Source: Schizochytrium sp. TIO01 (Eukaryota; Protista; Bigyra: Labyrinthulomycetes). Taken from it: a stretch of DNA of 64,000 nt. Every line of letters starts with the position of its first letter. Positions within the stretch are counted from its first letter, which is position 1. A model generated the notes under the pieces. That model made no database searches. It was not told the origin of the DNA and was given only the letters and a program-made list of their open reading frames with translations. The DNA lies in the NCBI GenBank assembly GCA_004764695.1, contig SMSO01000036.1, positions 124,001 to 188,000 on the forward strand, read 5' to 3'. The position numbers were made by a program, and so were the translations under genes. Below, one piece after another: positions 11,857 to 21,955 of the stretch.

Positions 11857-13710
11857 TTACTCTTCAGGAGCAACCATCTCAACTTCAACATGGTGGTAAG
11901 AATTGTTCATGATTCCACGCAAATTCCACACAGACTCAAGGTGCTCCGGCTGGTGGTTCATTGAGATATCTACGGCACGGCAGCACAGATCAACCTTTGC
12001 GCCAGGCTTGCAGAGCTCAGGAGGAATATCCACCTCAGCTTCCCAAAATGTCCAGGCCCACGCACGGTTTTGGGACTGCTCTGCACCCTGGCCCAGCTCT
12101 GCTGGCTGCCAAGTACGGCCACCATCAGCAGAAACGTCGACACGAATGATATTGCGACCACCGCCGCTCCAAGCCCATCCCTTTAGAGTTATGCTACCTT
12201 CCTCGTAGTCGATCTTGGTCTCTGGACGAGGAGTGCAAATGGCAGAGTTTACAGGCAGTTCCTGCACGGATGGGAGAGTCTCAGGGTCGACATTATCAAA
12301 AGATTTCATGTATGAAGGTGCTCCCTTGTAAGCAATTCCTCGTTGCCAGCCGCTATGAGATTCGCCTTTGGAAGCTGTGATACGATGACACCATTTAACA
12401 CTTCGCGCCGCGAGATGACCAGGTACGATAATGCGTACGGGACCACCATGCTCACGAGGGATTGGCTGTCCATTCATCTCGTATGCTACAAGTACATCAC
12501 CAAATTTGTTTAAAGCCTTTTCAATGGGGATGGATGCATCATAAGGCTTATCAAGGCCCTCGAACTGAATATGCTTCACACCAGCTCGCTCAATCAGAGC
12601 AGACTCGTCACCAAATCCCGTGAACTCAAGCACATCTCGTAAAAGGCAGCCGCCCCAAACAGCCGTACTGATTGCACCGCAATCCCACTCCAGGCCCTGT
12701 ACGGTGTCGACCTTGCCCAGTTCTGTACGCCGGTTACCTGCGCATTGTAGGGTAACTGGAATCTCATGTTTCTTGAAACGCGTGCGAAGATCCTTCGTGG
12801 TGAGTTGCAGAATATTGGCATCTTCGAAAGCAAGCACTAGCCTGTAGTCGTCCTCGTTAGACGAAGGAACAGGATGGTGGTGACGCTTATAATGCATTGG
12901 CACGGGCGTAATGTAGTTGTCTGGGATGAGCTCAATCACAGTCTCCGCGTTGTAAGGTTTCTCACAGCGTACCTTACCCAAATGCACACGAGGCGGATCA
13001 TTCGCGTAGGGGTCATCGAATGCAATCATCGGCTGATCCTCCATTTCGTGTTTGTACAAAGTGCCAATACGTAGAGAGGCAAGGATCTCCAAAACCTGCT
13101 TTGTGCTATGCTGCTGGTACATGGCCCAATATGGGTCAATGGCAGAGCCTGCGGCCAGGAGGATGCGCTCACCTCCAGGGTGGGCAGAGACAAAATCTGT
13201 TACATCGTACACACCATCACGGTACGTCACGTAAATACGGTCTTCTGCGCGTTTGTGCTTGCTCACTTCTTTGCGTGTAAAGTATGGAAACCCTAGCGGG
13301 CACCGCTCCGTGCGGCTTCCTCCAGGAGGCACATCATCAGGAGATGGGTTCCGAGCCTCCGCAAGGTTGACATCGCCTGAAATGTAGACTCCTAAACCAC
13401 TCAAAGCTGCGAGCATTGCAACGGAAGCCATCACAAATTTTCGCTGATCTTTCCATGAATCATCAGCCCCAATAATTGCTGCAACACCCCGCACAGATGA
13501 TGATGTCGCATTAGTTTCGCTTGTTTTCCTTAGAGACTTGTAAAGTACGGACACGGCGGAACTCTTCGTGCGCACAACCTTGTCACCTGGCACAGCGGCA
13601 CGTTCTGCACCTGCCTTACGAACATGGAGGCATCTTCGAGCAGACCTGAGAGCTTGAAGTCCTTGTGAACTAGTTTTGCCAAAGGTCTTCACGACGCCCC
13701 GGCCCGCCAT
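11857..13710 (-). CDS. SUOX: Sulfite oxidase, animal type (targeting peptide + cytochrome b5 + Moco domain + dimerisation domain), about 617 aa
   Basis: Cytochrome b5 motif GVYDVTDFVSAHPGG, Moco-ligating Cys in TLQCAGNRR, EHGGPVRIIVPG, ARSVKW, GWAWSGGGRNIIRVDVS, WAWTFW and WNLRG. A basic N-terminus plus a hydrophobic segment resembles a mitochondrial IMS-targeting signal. The ORF-track start at 13860 is TTG; ATG 13710 (caaATGG) is preferred. Confidence 0.93.
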   Translation of the reverse strand: MAGRGVVKTFGKTSSQGLQALRSARRCLHVRKAGAERAAVPGDKVVRTKSSAVSVLYKSLRKTSETNATSSSVRGVAAIIGADDSWKDQRKFVMASVAMLAALSGLGVYISGDVNLAEARNPSPDDVPPGGSRTERCPLGFPYFTRKEVSKHKRAEDRIYVTYRDGVYDVTDFVSAHPGGERILLAAGSAIDPYWAMYQQHSTKQVLEILASLRIGTLYKHEMEDQPMIAFDDPYANDPPRVHLGKVRCEKPYNAETVIELIPDNYITPVPMHYKRHHHPVPSSNEDDYRLVLAFEDANILQLTTKDLRTRFKKHEIPVTLQCAGNRRTELGKVDTVQGLEWDCGAISTAVWGGCLLRDVLEFTGFGDESALIERAGVKHIQFEGLDKPYDASIPIEKALNKFGDVLVAYEMNGQPIPREHGGPVRIIVPGHLAARSVKWCHRITASKGESHSGWQRGIAYKGAPSYMKSFDNVDPETLPSVQELPVNSAICTPRPETKIDYEEGSITLKGWAWSGGGRNIIRVDVSADGGRTWQPAELGQGAEQSQNRAWAWTFWEAEVDIPPELCKPGAKVDLCCRAVDISMNHQPEHLESVWNLRGIMNNSYHHVEVEMVAPEE

Positions 13711-16350
13711 TTGCTCCACACCGGTGGCCAGTTTGAGCAGCTCCCGAGACGTCATCCTCAACAACGCCAGGTTGAAGACAAAACAAATTACTACAACCTC
13801 CGCCAGGGACAACCGCAGCGCTTTAGTGCGCCGCAAGTCAACAGTGAGGGACGAGCCCAACGGAAAGTCGTCTCTGCGATTGGGTTTTGGTCGTCCGTGT
13901 CTTGGACGCTTTTATGTGCTGGTGTTTTGATCAGCTCAGAGTACGCTCCACCCCGCGTCACCATGGGTCCCTGAGGTGACCTACCTTGCTTAGCAATCGT
14001 ACTATAAATCAATGTTTCGTTGACGGTGATAATATTCTATACAGAGAGACACAAAAAATCGAGTATCTTCGACTCTTCTTCAACCTCAGGTTTGCGCTTG
14101 GGCAACCTGCCTGCGAAGAGTTTACAAAGCTCAATCTCTGCCTCGAGCGAACTTCGTAGACCTCAGCGTTGTTGCGATCTCGAGCCTTTCTTGGTCTGCG
14201 CTGCGCCGAAGATGGGCCCTGGCCGGCTTCAAAGTAGTGCTTCGCAATAAGTTAGTTATATTATATCTCCTGAAGGCGTCTGCACTTCAGAGGTTTCCTC
14301 GATCAATGCTGATTTCGCTGGCATCGTGCACTCGGCATAGCGGGCCATGATGCGAGCTGTGCTGGCAGACCTCGTGCGACTGCTGAGGCGGGAACGCGCG
14401 GTTTTGCAGCATCTAAGAACTGCAATTCTCAGTCAGTTACAGAGAGAGCCTTAAGAAATTCCGTGCGCCGCCGAATTCTTCAGTTCCGTGGGAAATGAAC
14501 ATTTGCAAGTACCCGTGTTTCATGTGTGTGGAACAACTCGAGCAATCCGCACCGCTTGCTTGAAACGCTTCGACGCAGAAGGACCGAGTCTTGAGGCGTG
14601 CCGAGTCGAGTCAAGCCCAGGCGAGGCACGGCAGAGGTCCCGGCGGGAGGATCTGTGATGAGAAAGGCGATGCAAATCAAGCAATTTGAGGATTTTACTC
14701 GGTAGCATACTTTCGGAGATTTGGGTGTGCGCTGACCATATCGATAGACAGTGTGTACCTAGTACCTGAGTAGGTAGTAACCCTAGTAGCAGGAGTTAGT
14801 AGGTACCTCCTCGCCTCAGGTCACTTAGACTCGGAAACGGAGGAGCCATCATAGATCTTCAGAATAACTCACGGTCAAAGTCGTGATGCAGGCGAGCGTG
14901 AGGAAAAGGCTTCAAGATGCCCAGCTCAAGCCGTGGCAGGGTTTTCTCCGGTGGTTGCCGATAAAGTTTCGGCGTAGCCTTGTAAAAGTGAATGTTAGGA
15001 TGATGGATGTGGGCGTAGCTGAAATCAGGAATCATTGCGCGAACACCACCGCATCGCCCCCTTTTTAACTTTGAAAGAAATCATGGCCGACTTGCCCCAA
15101 AATCTACAAGCGGATCATACCGGGGTGGGGATGGCCCGTGCATCAAGACTCTAAATATGTTTTGCTGTACTAATCCAGTGCGGTTCTTTCCGCGAGCAGA
15201 AACTTGCTCGTCCGTCATGGGTCTTGCTTGGCCAACCCCAAGAGCGTTCGCAACTGGATACCTACTTCTTTCCATGGCACAAAGATGGCTCTCCTCGTCA
15301 AGCTTCAAGGTTTCCGAATTCGAGGGGTCCTTGAAGTTGCGCAGGTTTCGGACTTTTGGTCTCGCAGAATTGCATGGCGTGAGGTGGCAAGATCTCTGGC
15401 AGTTTTCCCATCCACGCGATGGGTTGTACAGAGAAAGTGGGCATGCAGGAGGATTGCGAAATGTCTGAAGATCACGTCTACTTGAAGCCACTATATGCTC
15501 GAAAGCGTTCGATGGTGCATGGGTATTTATTTAACGAGAGGGAGGGAAGGCTGTGCACACGCATGTTTTAGAACATGTTGCAAATAGAGGAAAGCCACAT
15601 CTAAGTACGATGTAGTCACACTCAGTTGAGATTAAAAAGCTGATGAAGCAGAGGAGGTTTGCAGCCCATGGATAAGTGGTATTGCGGCCTTTCATGTTTG
15701 CATGGCATGAGAGGAAGCGAACAGGCTACCTCATCTGACAAAGTGCAAAGTCTTGGATTATATTCAGTTTTTCAGTTTTGTTAGATGCAAAGAAGAGTCT
15801 GACACTTAAATGTTGGCGAAATGCCAAGAGACACCCACCGAGGTTATGGCGAGTAAGCCAAAAGCTTTTTTCTTCTTTCGTGCGATGGTGGTACCAAGAT
15901 AGTCCCTACAATAGATAGTGCGACAAACAGACAAGGCGAAAGAGTGGCTCCAAGTTTCATATGCACTTTTGAGAAAGGGTAGACGCAACGAAAGTCTGTT
16001 GGTTAAAGATCTTGCGAACGGTAAATGGGTGATTTAACAGAGGAAAGTATCTCATCAGAGGTCTTTTGAGGCATCTTGCTGCTTCGCCAATCTTTGTATA
16101 TCGTCACTCGATGGTGGTCTTGATTCATGACACAAGTTAGGTAAAGTAAAAATAATAGATGGTAAAAGTTGAGTGTTATAGCCGGTTTGCTTATTTTTTT
16201 TTCAAAGATATAGATTGATGGGTATATATTATATTTGTCGAGTCTGGCGTCACGACTGGCAAATAGACTCATTATCTCTTTGGTTTGTTATTCAGAATTG
16301 ATAGAAACGAGGACATCATAAGAGAACACACAAGATGACGCATGCGAAAA

Positions 16351-17439
16351 TTAAGGAGCAGAGCACTTGATGAAAGAGCTCTTAATACGCGACTCATCGC
16401 TCTCAAGGTATCCTTGGTTGGAATAACGCACCACATAGTCTGGGTAAGCAGCGGCAACAAAGTCGCATACCTTTCGGTTGCAATCCTCACAACGGCCATA
16501 GGTACGTGAGTAGCCAAAAATAGAAATAAGGCCTGCCTTCTCTGAGTGCTTAAGGTGATGGCGAGTAATGCGGCCTCCTCCCAACACGGTACCCTGCAGA
16601 CCATATCTGGCAAGTGAGTGACGTACAGTCCGGGCTGCATCAGGGTGCTTGCAAGTCTTGCTCTTGTGAGGGCAACCCTGCACGACATAAGCGCCATCAC
16701 CGTTCTTGTCCTTGGCATGCACAAGCACAAACTTGAAGCTACCAGAAGGAGAGATGTTCACGGTCTTCTTGTTGAGATTAGCAAAGTAAGCGTCAATCGT
16801 GAGACGCTTGTCATCAGGGCCAGAGAAAGTTGGGACCTGCTCGTGGGCAAGTGCAACACGTGCAGCCTCCTCCTCAGCAATCTCTGCAGAACGCTGCTGC
16901 TCAAGGTCAGGCAGGTCATCAAAACCATTTCCTGCATGGAGTGCAGATTCGCTGTCAAGAACTTCCTCAACTTCGTTGTCCACAACCTGCTCGACGCCAT
17001 CCTCTTCATTGTCTACGTCCTGAGCATCAGTCTCACCAGATTCCTCGTCGTCTTCTTCATCTTCCCCGTGATCATTGGGGCTGGACTCGTCCTCATCCTC
17101 GGCGTCTTCGTCTTCAGCATCTTCGTCTTCCTCATCTTCATCGTCTTCATCCGCCAGACGCATAGATCCACGCATGGAGCGTTGCACGTCGGCATCAGAA
17201 TCATCGATGATTCCAGAGAGGCCAGATCCAGCCACAGAGTTGGCTACAGCCGTCTCTTCGCCGCTGCCAAATGCAACGTACACGACGACCAGAGCTAAGA
17301 GCGCCACCACTCCGAGAACGAGGTGTCTAGGCATCTGGGCTTTCTTGCCATCCTTACCATTGGCGTAATGACTCTCACTTGTAGCCCTGCTGCTCGAAGG
17401 CTGCGGAAATTGACGCGGTCTGATGACTCCCTTGCGCAT
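16351..17439 (-). CDS. Single-TM protein with an acidic linker and a C-terminal Janus/Ocnus (PHPT1 phosphohistidine phosphatase-like) domain, 362 aa
   Basis: TM segment LVLGVVALLALVVVYVAF and a D/E-rich stalk. The domain motifs GSFKFVLV, CKHPD, LGGGRI, IFGYSRTYG and YPDYVVRYSNQGY match PHPT1 GVFKYVLI, EYHAD, LGGGRI, VYGYSMAYG and YPDYEVTWANDGY. Confidence 0.88.
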   Translation of the reverse strand: MRKGVIRPRQFPQPSSSRATSESHYANGKDGKKAQMPRHLVLGVVALLALVVVYVAFGSGEETAVANSVAGSGLSGIIDDSDADVQRSMRGSMRLADEDDEDEEDEDAEDEDAEDEDESSPNDHGEDEEDDEESGETDAQDVDNEEDGVEQVVDNEVEEVLDSESALHAGNGFDDLPDLEQQRSAEIAEEEAARVALAHEQVPTFSGPDDKRLTIDAYFANLNKKTVNISPSGSFKFVLVHAKDKNGDGAYVVQGCPHKSKTCKHPDAARTVRHSLARYGLQGTVLGGGRITRHHLKHSEKAGLISIFGYSRTYGRCEDCNRKVCDFVAAAYPDYVVRYSNQGYLESDESRIKSSFIKCSAP

Positions 17440-18519
17440 CTTGAAAGATCAAGGTTCTCGCAAAAATTACAACAACTTTCGACCCCAATTAACAGGTGAT
17501 TGATCAGATGTTCCTCTCTTCCTCTTTGCAGAGCCGAGGGAGGACAGAGCGGTTTCGCGTGTACGATGCCTCGCAGACCGCAAGAGGTTCTTCTTGGACT
17601 TCGCTCCTGAGTCTACGCTGTCGTTATCTTTAGAACGTATGAGTTATAGATCAGAAAGGGGCCAAGCGAGCGAGCCGATGGCGCACGCCAGTCCCGACTC
17701 TTTGGGGTTGCGGTAGTCAGTTCCTTAGCTCGGGGCCGTGAGATGGGAGTTCCAAGACGCTGCAGGAAGGCCACAGCCTTTTCACAACGCCTGGGGATCT
17801 GCGAGGCTGCGAAGGCAGAGCTCGAGCTACGCGCGATCCAAGTTTGTTTGGCAAGTCTGTCTCTTCGTCTCTGTCTCTGTAGCTGCCTGTCTTTCTTTTC
17901 TTTTCTCTCTTTCTTTCTATGGGCCTCTTTGTAATCCTCTATTCTCCATAGTATAACAAACGTTTACTATACAGTATACACGATGTTGTACTTGTGAGTT
18001 TTCACGTATAACTCACTTGCGGCAATGTGGGGTCCGATCACTCTTAGCATTGCGAGCTTAGTAAGACCTAACTACCTTCTAAGCAGGTAAGAGCAGGGTA
18101 GTCGATGGCACAACGTGCATTTGCATGCACACGAGGCCAGCGTGATTTTGGTCTCCAAAGGAATTTCATCGCTCAGACTCGGCTCTAAAGGTTTAATTGA
18201 TTCGATGGCTCACATGCTAAAATAAAAACACAGCTGGTCGGTGCAGCGGAGAAAATGGCTCAAGTATGAAACCTATCTTCCTACATTGGACATTGGAGGC
18301 TGATTGTTGTTCGGATCGTTTTTAATTAAGTCTTCTGTTGCAAAGTAAAATTGATCTTAAATACCAGACAACAAGGAAATTCAGGAATCGAGAGTAGTGG
18401 TATGCATGCACATGGTAGGTGTGAAGCGTTTGCCTATATGAAAGAAGCGAGAAACAGAGATGGCCGGTACAAATAAAAGAAAGGCACCAGGATTATTAAC
18501 AAGACACATGCAGAATATT

Positions 18520-20287
18520 TTATTGAGTTACAGACTTTGATCGTGAATTTGATGATGGTGGTGGAGTGGGAGGAGAAATGGAACATGTGGGAGACGATGA
18601 AGTGAGAGACGCAGAACTGGCGGGGCTAGGGATCGACACACAAGGCGACGGCCAGGCAAGCTCGTTAATACGACAGTGCTGGTATTCACGGAGTTTGATT
18701 TTGTTTTCCTCGAGGTTAGGGACGAGCATGCGGCCAATTGCTGGACTCCATTGAGCAAGCGTATCAATAAATGATTCAACAACGATGTCAAAAAAGTACG
18801 TTTGCATCTCACATGGAAAACAGACCTCGCGGTCGTATCCTTTAGCGACCTCCAAGCCAAGACTGCGTTCCTGATCACCCTGGTCAAAGAATTCCTGGAA
18901 AACCAGAGGAATCCATTGGCGATAGATGTTCCAGGACTTGGCAGTGTTGCCGACATCAGCGACATGGACGATAGAGCACATGATGATGTTGAGGTCAGCC
19001 TCGAGCACGGTTTGCATATTTGCAGAAGGGTCATTGAGAACCTCGGGAGGAATGGTATCTGGCAGACAAGCACGGGATAATGGACGGGTACTGTTGACCA
19101 ACTCTTTGAGCATTTCCATGTGCTCAATGTGCACAGCCAGGTCAGTACCAAGAACCATGAGAATTACACGCTCGCGGAAAAGAGCCCAATCGGCATTGTT
19201 GACGTCCTCCATGAAGTTAAGTTCAGGCTGGCGCAAAAATCCAAAAGCCACAGCTAAGTGGTGATGCTCTAAAACAGAGCGATCGCTATACACGATGGCC
19301 AAATCACTTTGCGTCTTCACCAAGAAACTCTGGTTGCGACCAGGGTGAGCGACATCATGAATGGCCGCACTAAAGAGAATAGCAAATGTGGACAGATCAC
19401 GGTAGAGCAAGCTGCCTCGAACCTCATCAGCGCTCAACAGAGCCACACATGACTGCAAGACATCGGTGGCATGCCAGCTATTATGATAGGCAACTTGATC
19501 CCGGGGCAGATAACTGCGCTCAATCTTGTCCATGAATTGAATCATTTTGCGTTGCGACTCGTCATTGTCAAGGCCGAGCTCGGTGGCACAGTCAAACATC
19601 ATGACCGCTTCCATAAAAGTGGTTGTCAGCGGCTGTACACCGAAGCAACGAGGCATCATAGGATCCTTGAGACGAGCGAAGAATCCACCCGGACCAAAGT
19701 CCCATTCCTGCATATATCTACGCATATACATGGAATTCTTGTTGCTAAGGCCCCAGCGTTGCATAGACTGCAAGCGGAGACGGCCATTCTTGTCTACAGA
19801 GACGTCTTCCTTGGTTTTACCACTGCACATCACCATGCCAAATTTGGATGGTGGAGCTGGCAAGGGCGATCCGATAGAACCCGATCCGGCGGCCGATGCA
19901 GCAGCCATAGCACATGCACCAGAAGTTGTTGCATCGCGCCAAGACCAGCTATTTCCACTGCATGTTGTGTGAAGCGCAGTCTTGGAGGTTCCTGAATTAT
20001 GGCGCGAAAGACCGTTGAATTTGGAGAGTCCACTGCTGCTTCGGTGGTTATTGTTAGCACTCGCATTGCCATTCATCATCATGTACTCCTCGTCATGGTG
20101 TTCAGGTTCCGAGTGTTTAGCTGGGCACGATGCATTGGAGGACGCACCTCCGGAGGAAATGCGTTTACCTTCGAACTGGTTTGAGGTTGTGCAGTCAAGA
20201 GAACTTCCTCGTTTGTTTTTGGTGACAATGTTGTGCGGGTTGTTGCAGTTTGAGCCGGCTCCAGTGACAGCACTACTGCTGATGTGG
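18520..20287 (-). CDS. 3',5'-cyclic nucleotide phosphodiesterase class I, catalytic (3') part, in the +1 frame relative to the upstream TM part
   Basis: Motifs YHNSWHATDV, HDVAHPGRNQSFL, LEHHH, LGTD and HVADVGN, plus the invariant Gln and Phe clamp in MQTYF. The frame is open from 20640. Confidence 0.9.
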
Positions 20288-21955
20288 TCATAGCTGAGCG
20301 ACAAATGTCGGCTGAGACGCAGGCCGGGGCGTCCCAATATCCTCCGTCTCGCTCTCGCTTTGCTTCGAGTCTGGTGGTTGCTCAGATTCACTAGAGGAGC
20401 CACGCTCAGAGCGTTGAAAATCAGAAGAAAAGATCGTGCGGTCATGCTTGCCAATCTCATAAGTGCCATCGCCAGTCGCAGAAGCTGACGTACCCGTTTC
20501 GCTCTGGTCCGACGTGTCTGCCTCGTCTGCAGATTGAAGGCAATGAGAGTCCTCAAATTCAAATTCTCCTCCAAGTGATCCACGATGTGAAAGCTCAGTT
20601 TCTTCGGACCCCTCCGTTGCATCCGTGCGGGGTGCTGGACTCAAGGGGCGTTCAAAATTATGTGGTGAACTTACTCGAAGAATGCTGTTAAGTACGCTCG
20701 AGTTGAGAATTCCGTCTGAAGGCCGCGAGTAACGTACATTCGAAACCGATTCTCTTCGTCCTGTGCGAAAGCTTCGTTGTTGCCTTAAAAGTAAAAGCTC
20801 ACGACCGCCTGCCATTTCAATCGTAAAGAATCGCATTGCGTGGCTAGGCACTGAGAGGTTTTGTGTAAGGAACTGAATGTGGTTATTTCGCCACGGGTTG
20901 CGCTCAGATGCTCGAGATGTCTCAAGACGCGTGATAATTTGCTCGAGGCGTTTATGCAAATCAGGCATATCCACAGGGTCCAAAACATCCAGGAGGTTCT
21001 TGAGCTCCTCAACTGCAGTTCCTGTACTGGAGTCGTACCGTGGCAGGTTCGTCGACGGATTCCACTGCACCGTACGGCGGTTTGGGCGAGCTTGTGCGCG
21101 GCCGTTCCCATTGGCCTCAGCGAGCTTGCCCGGGGGAGGAGCGAGCGCCTCTCCTGTGACGAATCGCATGATGTCCTCTTTGTTAATGAAGAGCATGTGT
21201 TTACAGGTGCATATTAAGTTCGCACAAAAGACGAGAATTGCGGCGAACAACAGCGCGTTGCTGAGGGCGACCTGGCTATTATATACAAAAACAAGTCCGC
21301 AGAGGGTGTTAATTGAAGTAAGGCTCCAACATGCTGCCAGAGTTGGGAAGAGGCTACTGCGCCCAAACCCAGGGAGCAGACAAAGCCCGAGTGTGCCAAC
21401 GAAGGACAGACACAATTGTCCAAGACGTAGTTGTGCGTTTCGCGGGTTTTGATCTACGAAATCAACATCATCATATTTGTTTCCAAACGCTGTTTGTACT
21501 GGGATAGACACGTCTGCTGAGGTAACAACTGCAGCAGAAGTTGCGCCGGACACAACAATAAGGCTCGTCATGAGCACATCCCCAGAGTATATATCAAGGT
21601 TGCTCCGCCACGAGGTCTGAAGGTAAAGCACGAGGAGGCTTGCGGCAACACTGATTTTACATGCGAGAGCTCCCAAGGCAAGGTGGTTTTGAGGTACACC
21701 AAATGTTGTCTGAATGTTACCCAGAATCTCTAGAATATTCAACAGGAAGAGATACCCGAGCACGTCTACACGCCAGCCCAGGGTTGACCTCCACTGCCGG
21801 ACATCGCGCCCTTTGCAGACGCCCAGCGCATAGAATCCCAATTTGTTGAGGGGCGCAATCACCGTGCGCTTCCACCACGTGTTGGGTCGCTCAAAGTATT
21901 CCTCATCATCCCCTGGGGGGTGTTGACTTGTGATTGTATATGATCGTTTCGGCAT
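20288..21955 (-). CDS. Multi-pass membrane N-terminal part of the phosphodiesterase locus
   Basis: The 601-codon ORF has about six hydrophobic segments followed by a helical region and an S/E/T-rich linker. The first ATG is at 21955 (the ORF-track start at 22093 is TTG; an upstream exon via the AG near 22100 is possible). It overlaps the catalytic ORF on the same strand. Confidence 0.78.
   Translation of the reverse strand: MPKRSYTITSQHPPGDDEEYFERPNTWWKRTVIAPLNKLGFYALGVCKGRDVRQWRSTLGWRVDVLGYLFLLNILEILGNIQTTFGVPQNHLALGALACKISVAASLLVLYLQTSWRSNLDIYSGDVLMTSLIVVSGATSAAVVTSADVSIPVQTAFGNKYDDVDFVDQNPRNAQLRLGQLCLSFVGTLGLCLLPGFGRSSLFPTLAACWSLTSINTLCGLVFVYNSQVALSNALLFAAILVFCANLICTCKHMLFINKEDIMRFVTGEALAPPPGKLAEANGNGRAQARPNRRTVQWNPSTNLPRYDSSTGTAVEELKNLLDVLDPVDMPDLHKRLEQIITRLETSRASERNPWRNNHIQFLTQNLSVPSHAMRFFTIEMAGGRELLLLRQQRSFRTGRRESVSNVRYSRPSDGILNSSVLNSILRVSSPHNFERPLSPAPRTDATEGSEETELSHRGSLGGEFEFEDSHCLQSADEADTSDQSETGTSASATGDGTYEIGKHDRTIFSSDFQRSERGSSSESEQPPDSKQSESETEDIGTPRPASQPTFVAQL

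Noticed and set aside
15081-15491. 136-aa ORF between SUOX and the Janus-domain gene
   Set aside because: GTG start, no recognisable motif, and similar-length ORFs on the opposite strand
16618-17298. 226-aa hydrophobic plus-strand ORF
   Set aside because: Antisense shadow of the acidic stalk of the Janus-domain gene
20279-20302. 24-nt GT..AG mini-intron spanning the PDE stop codon
   Set aside because: Its length is a multiple of 3 and splicing leads straight to CAG TAG, so it does not reach the catalytic frame
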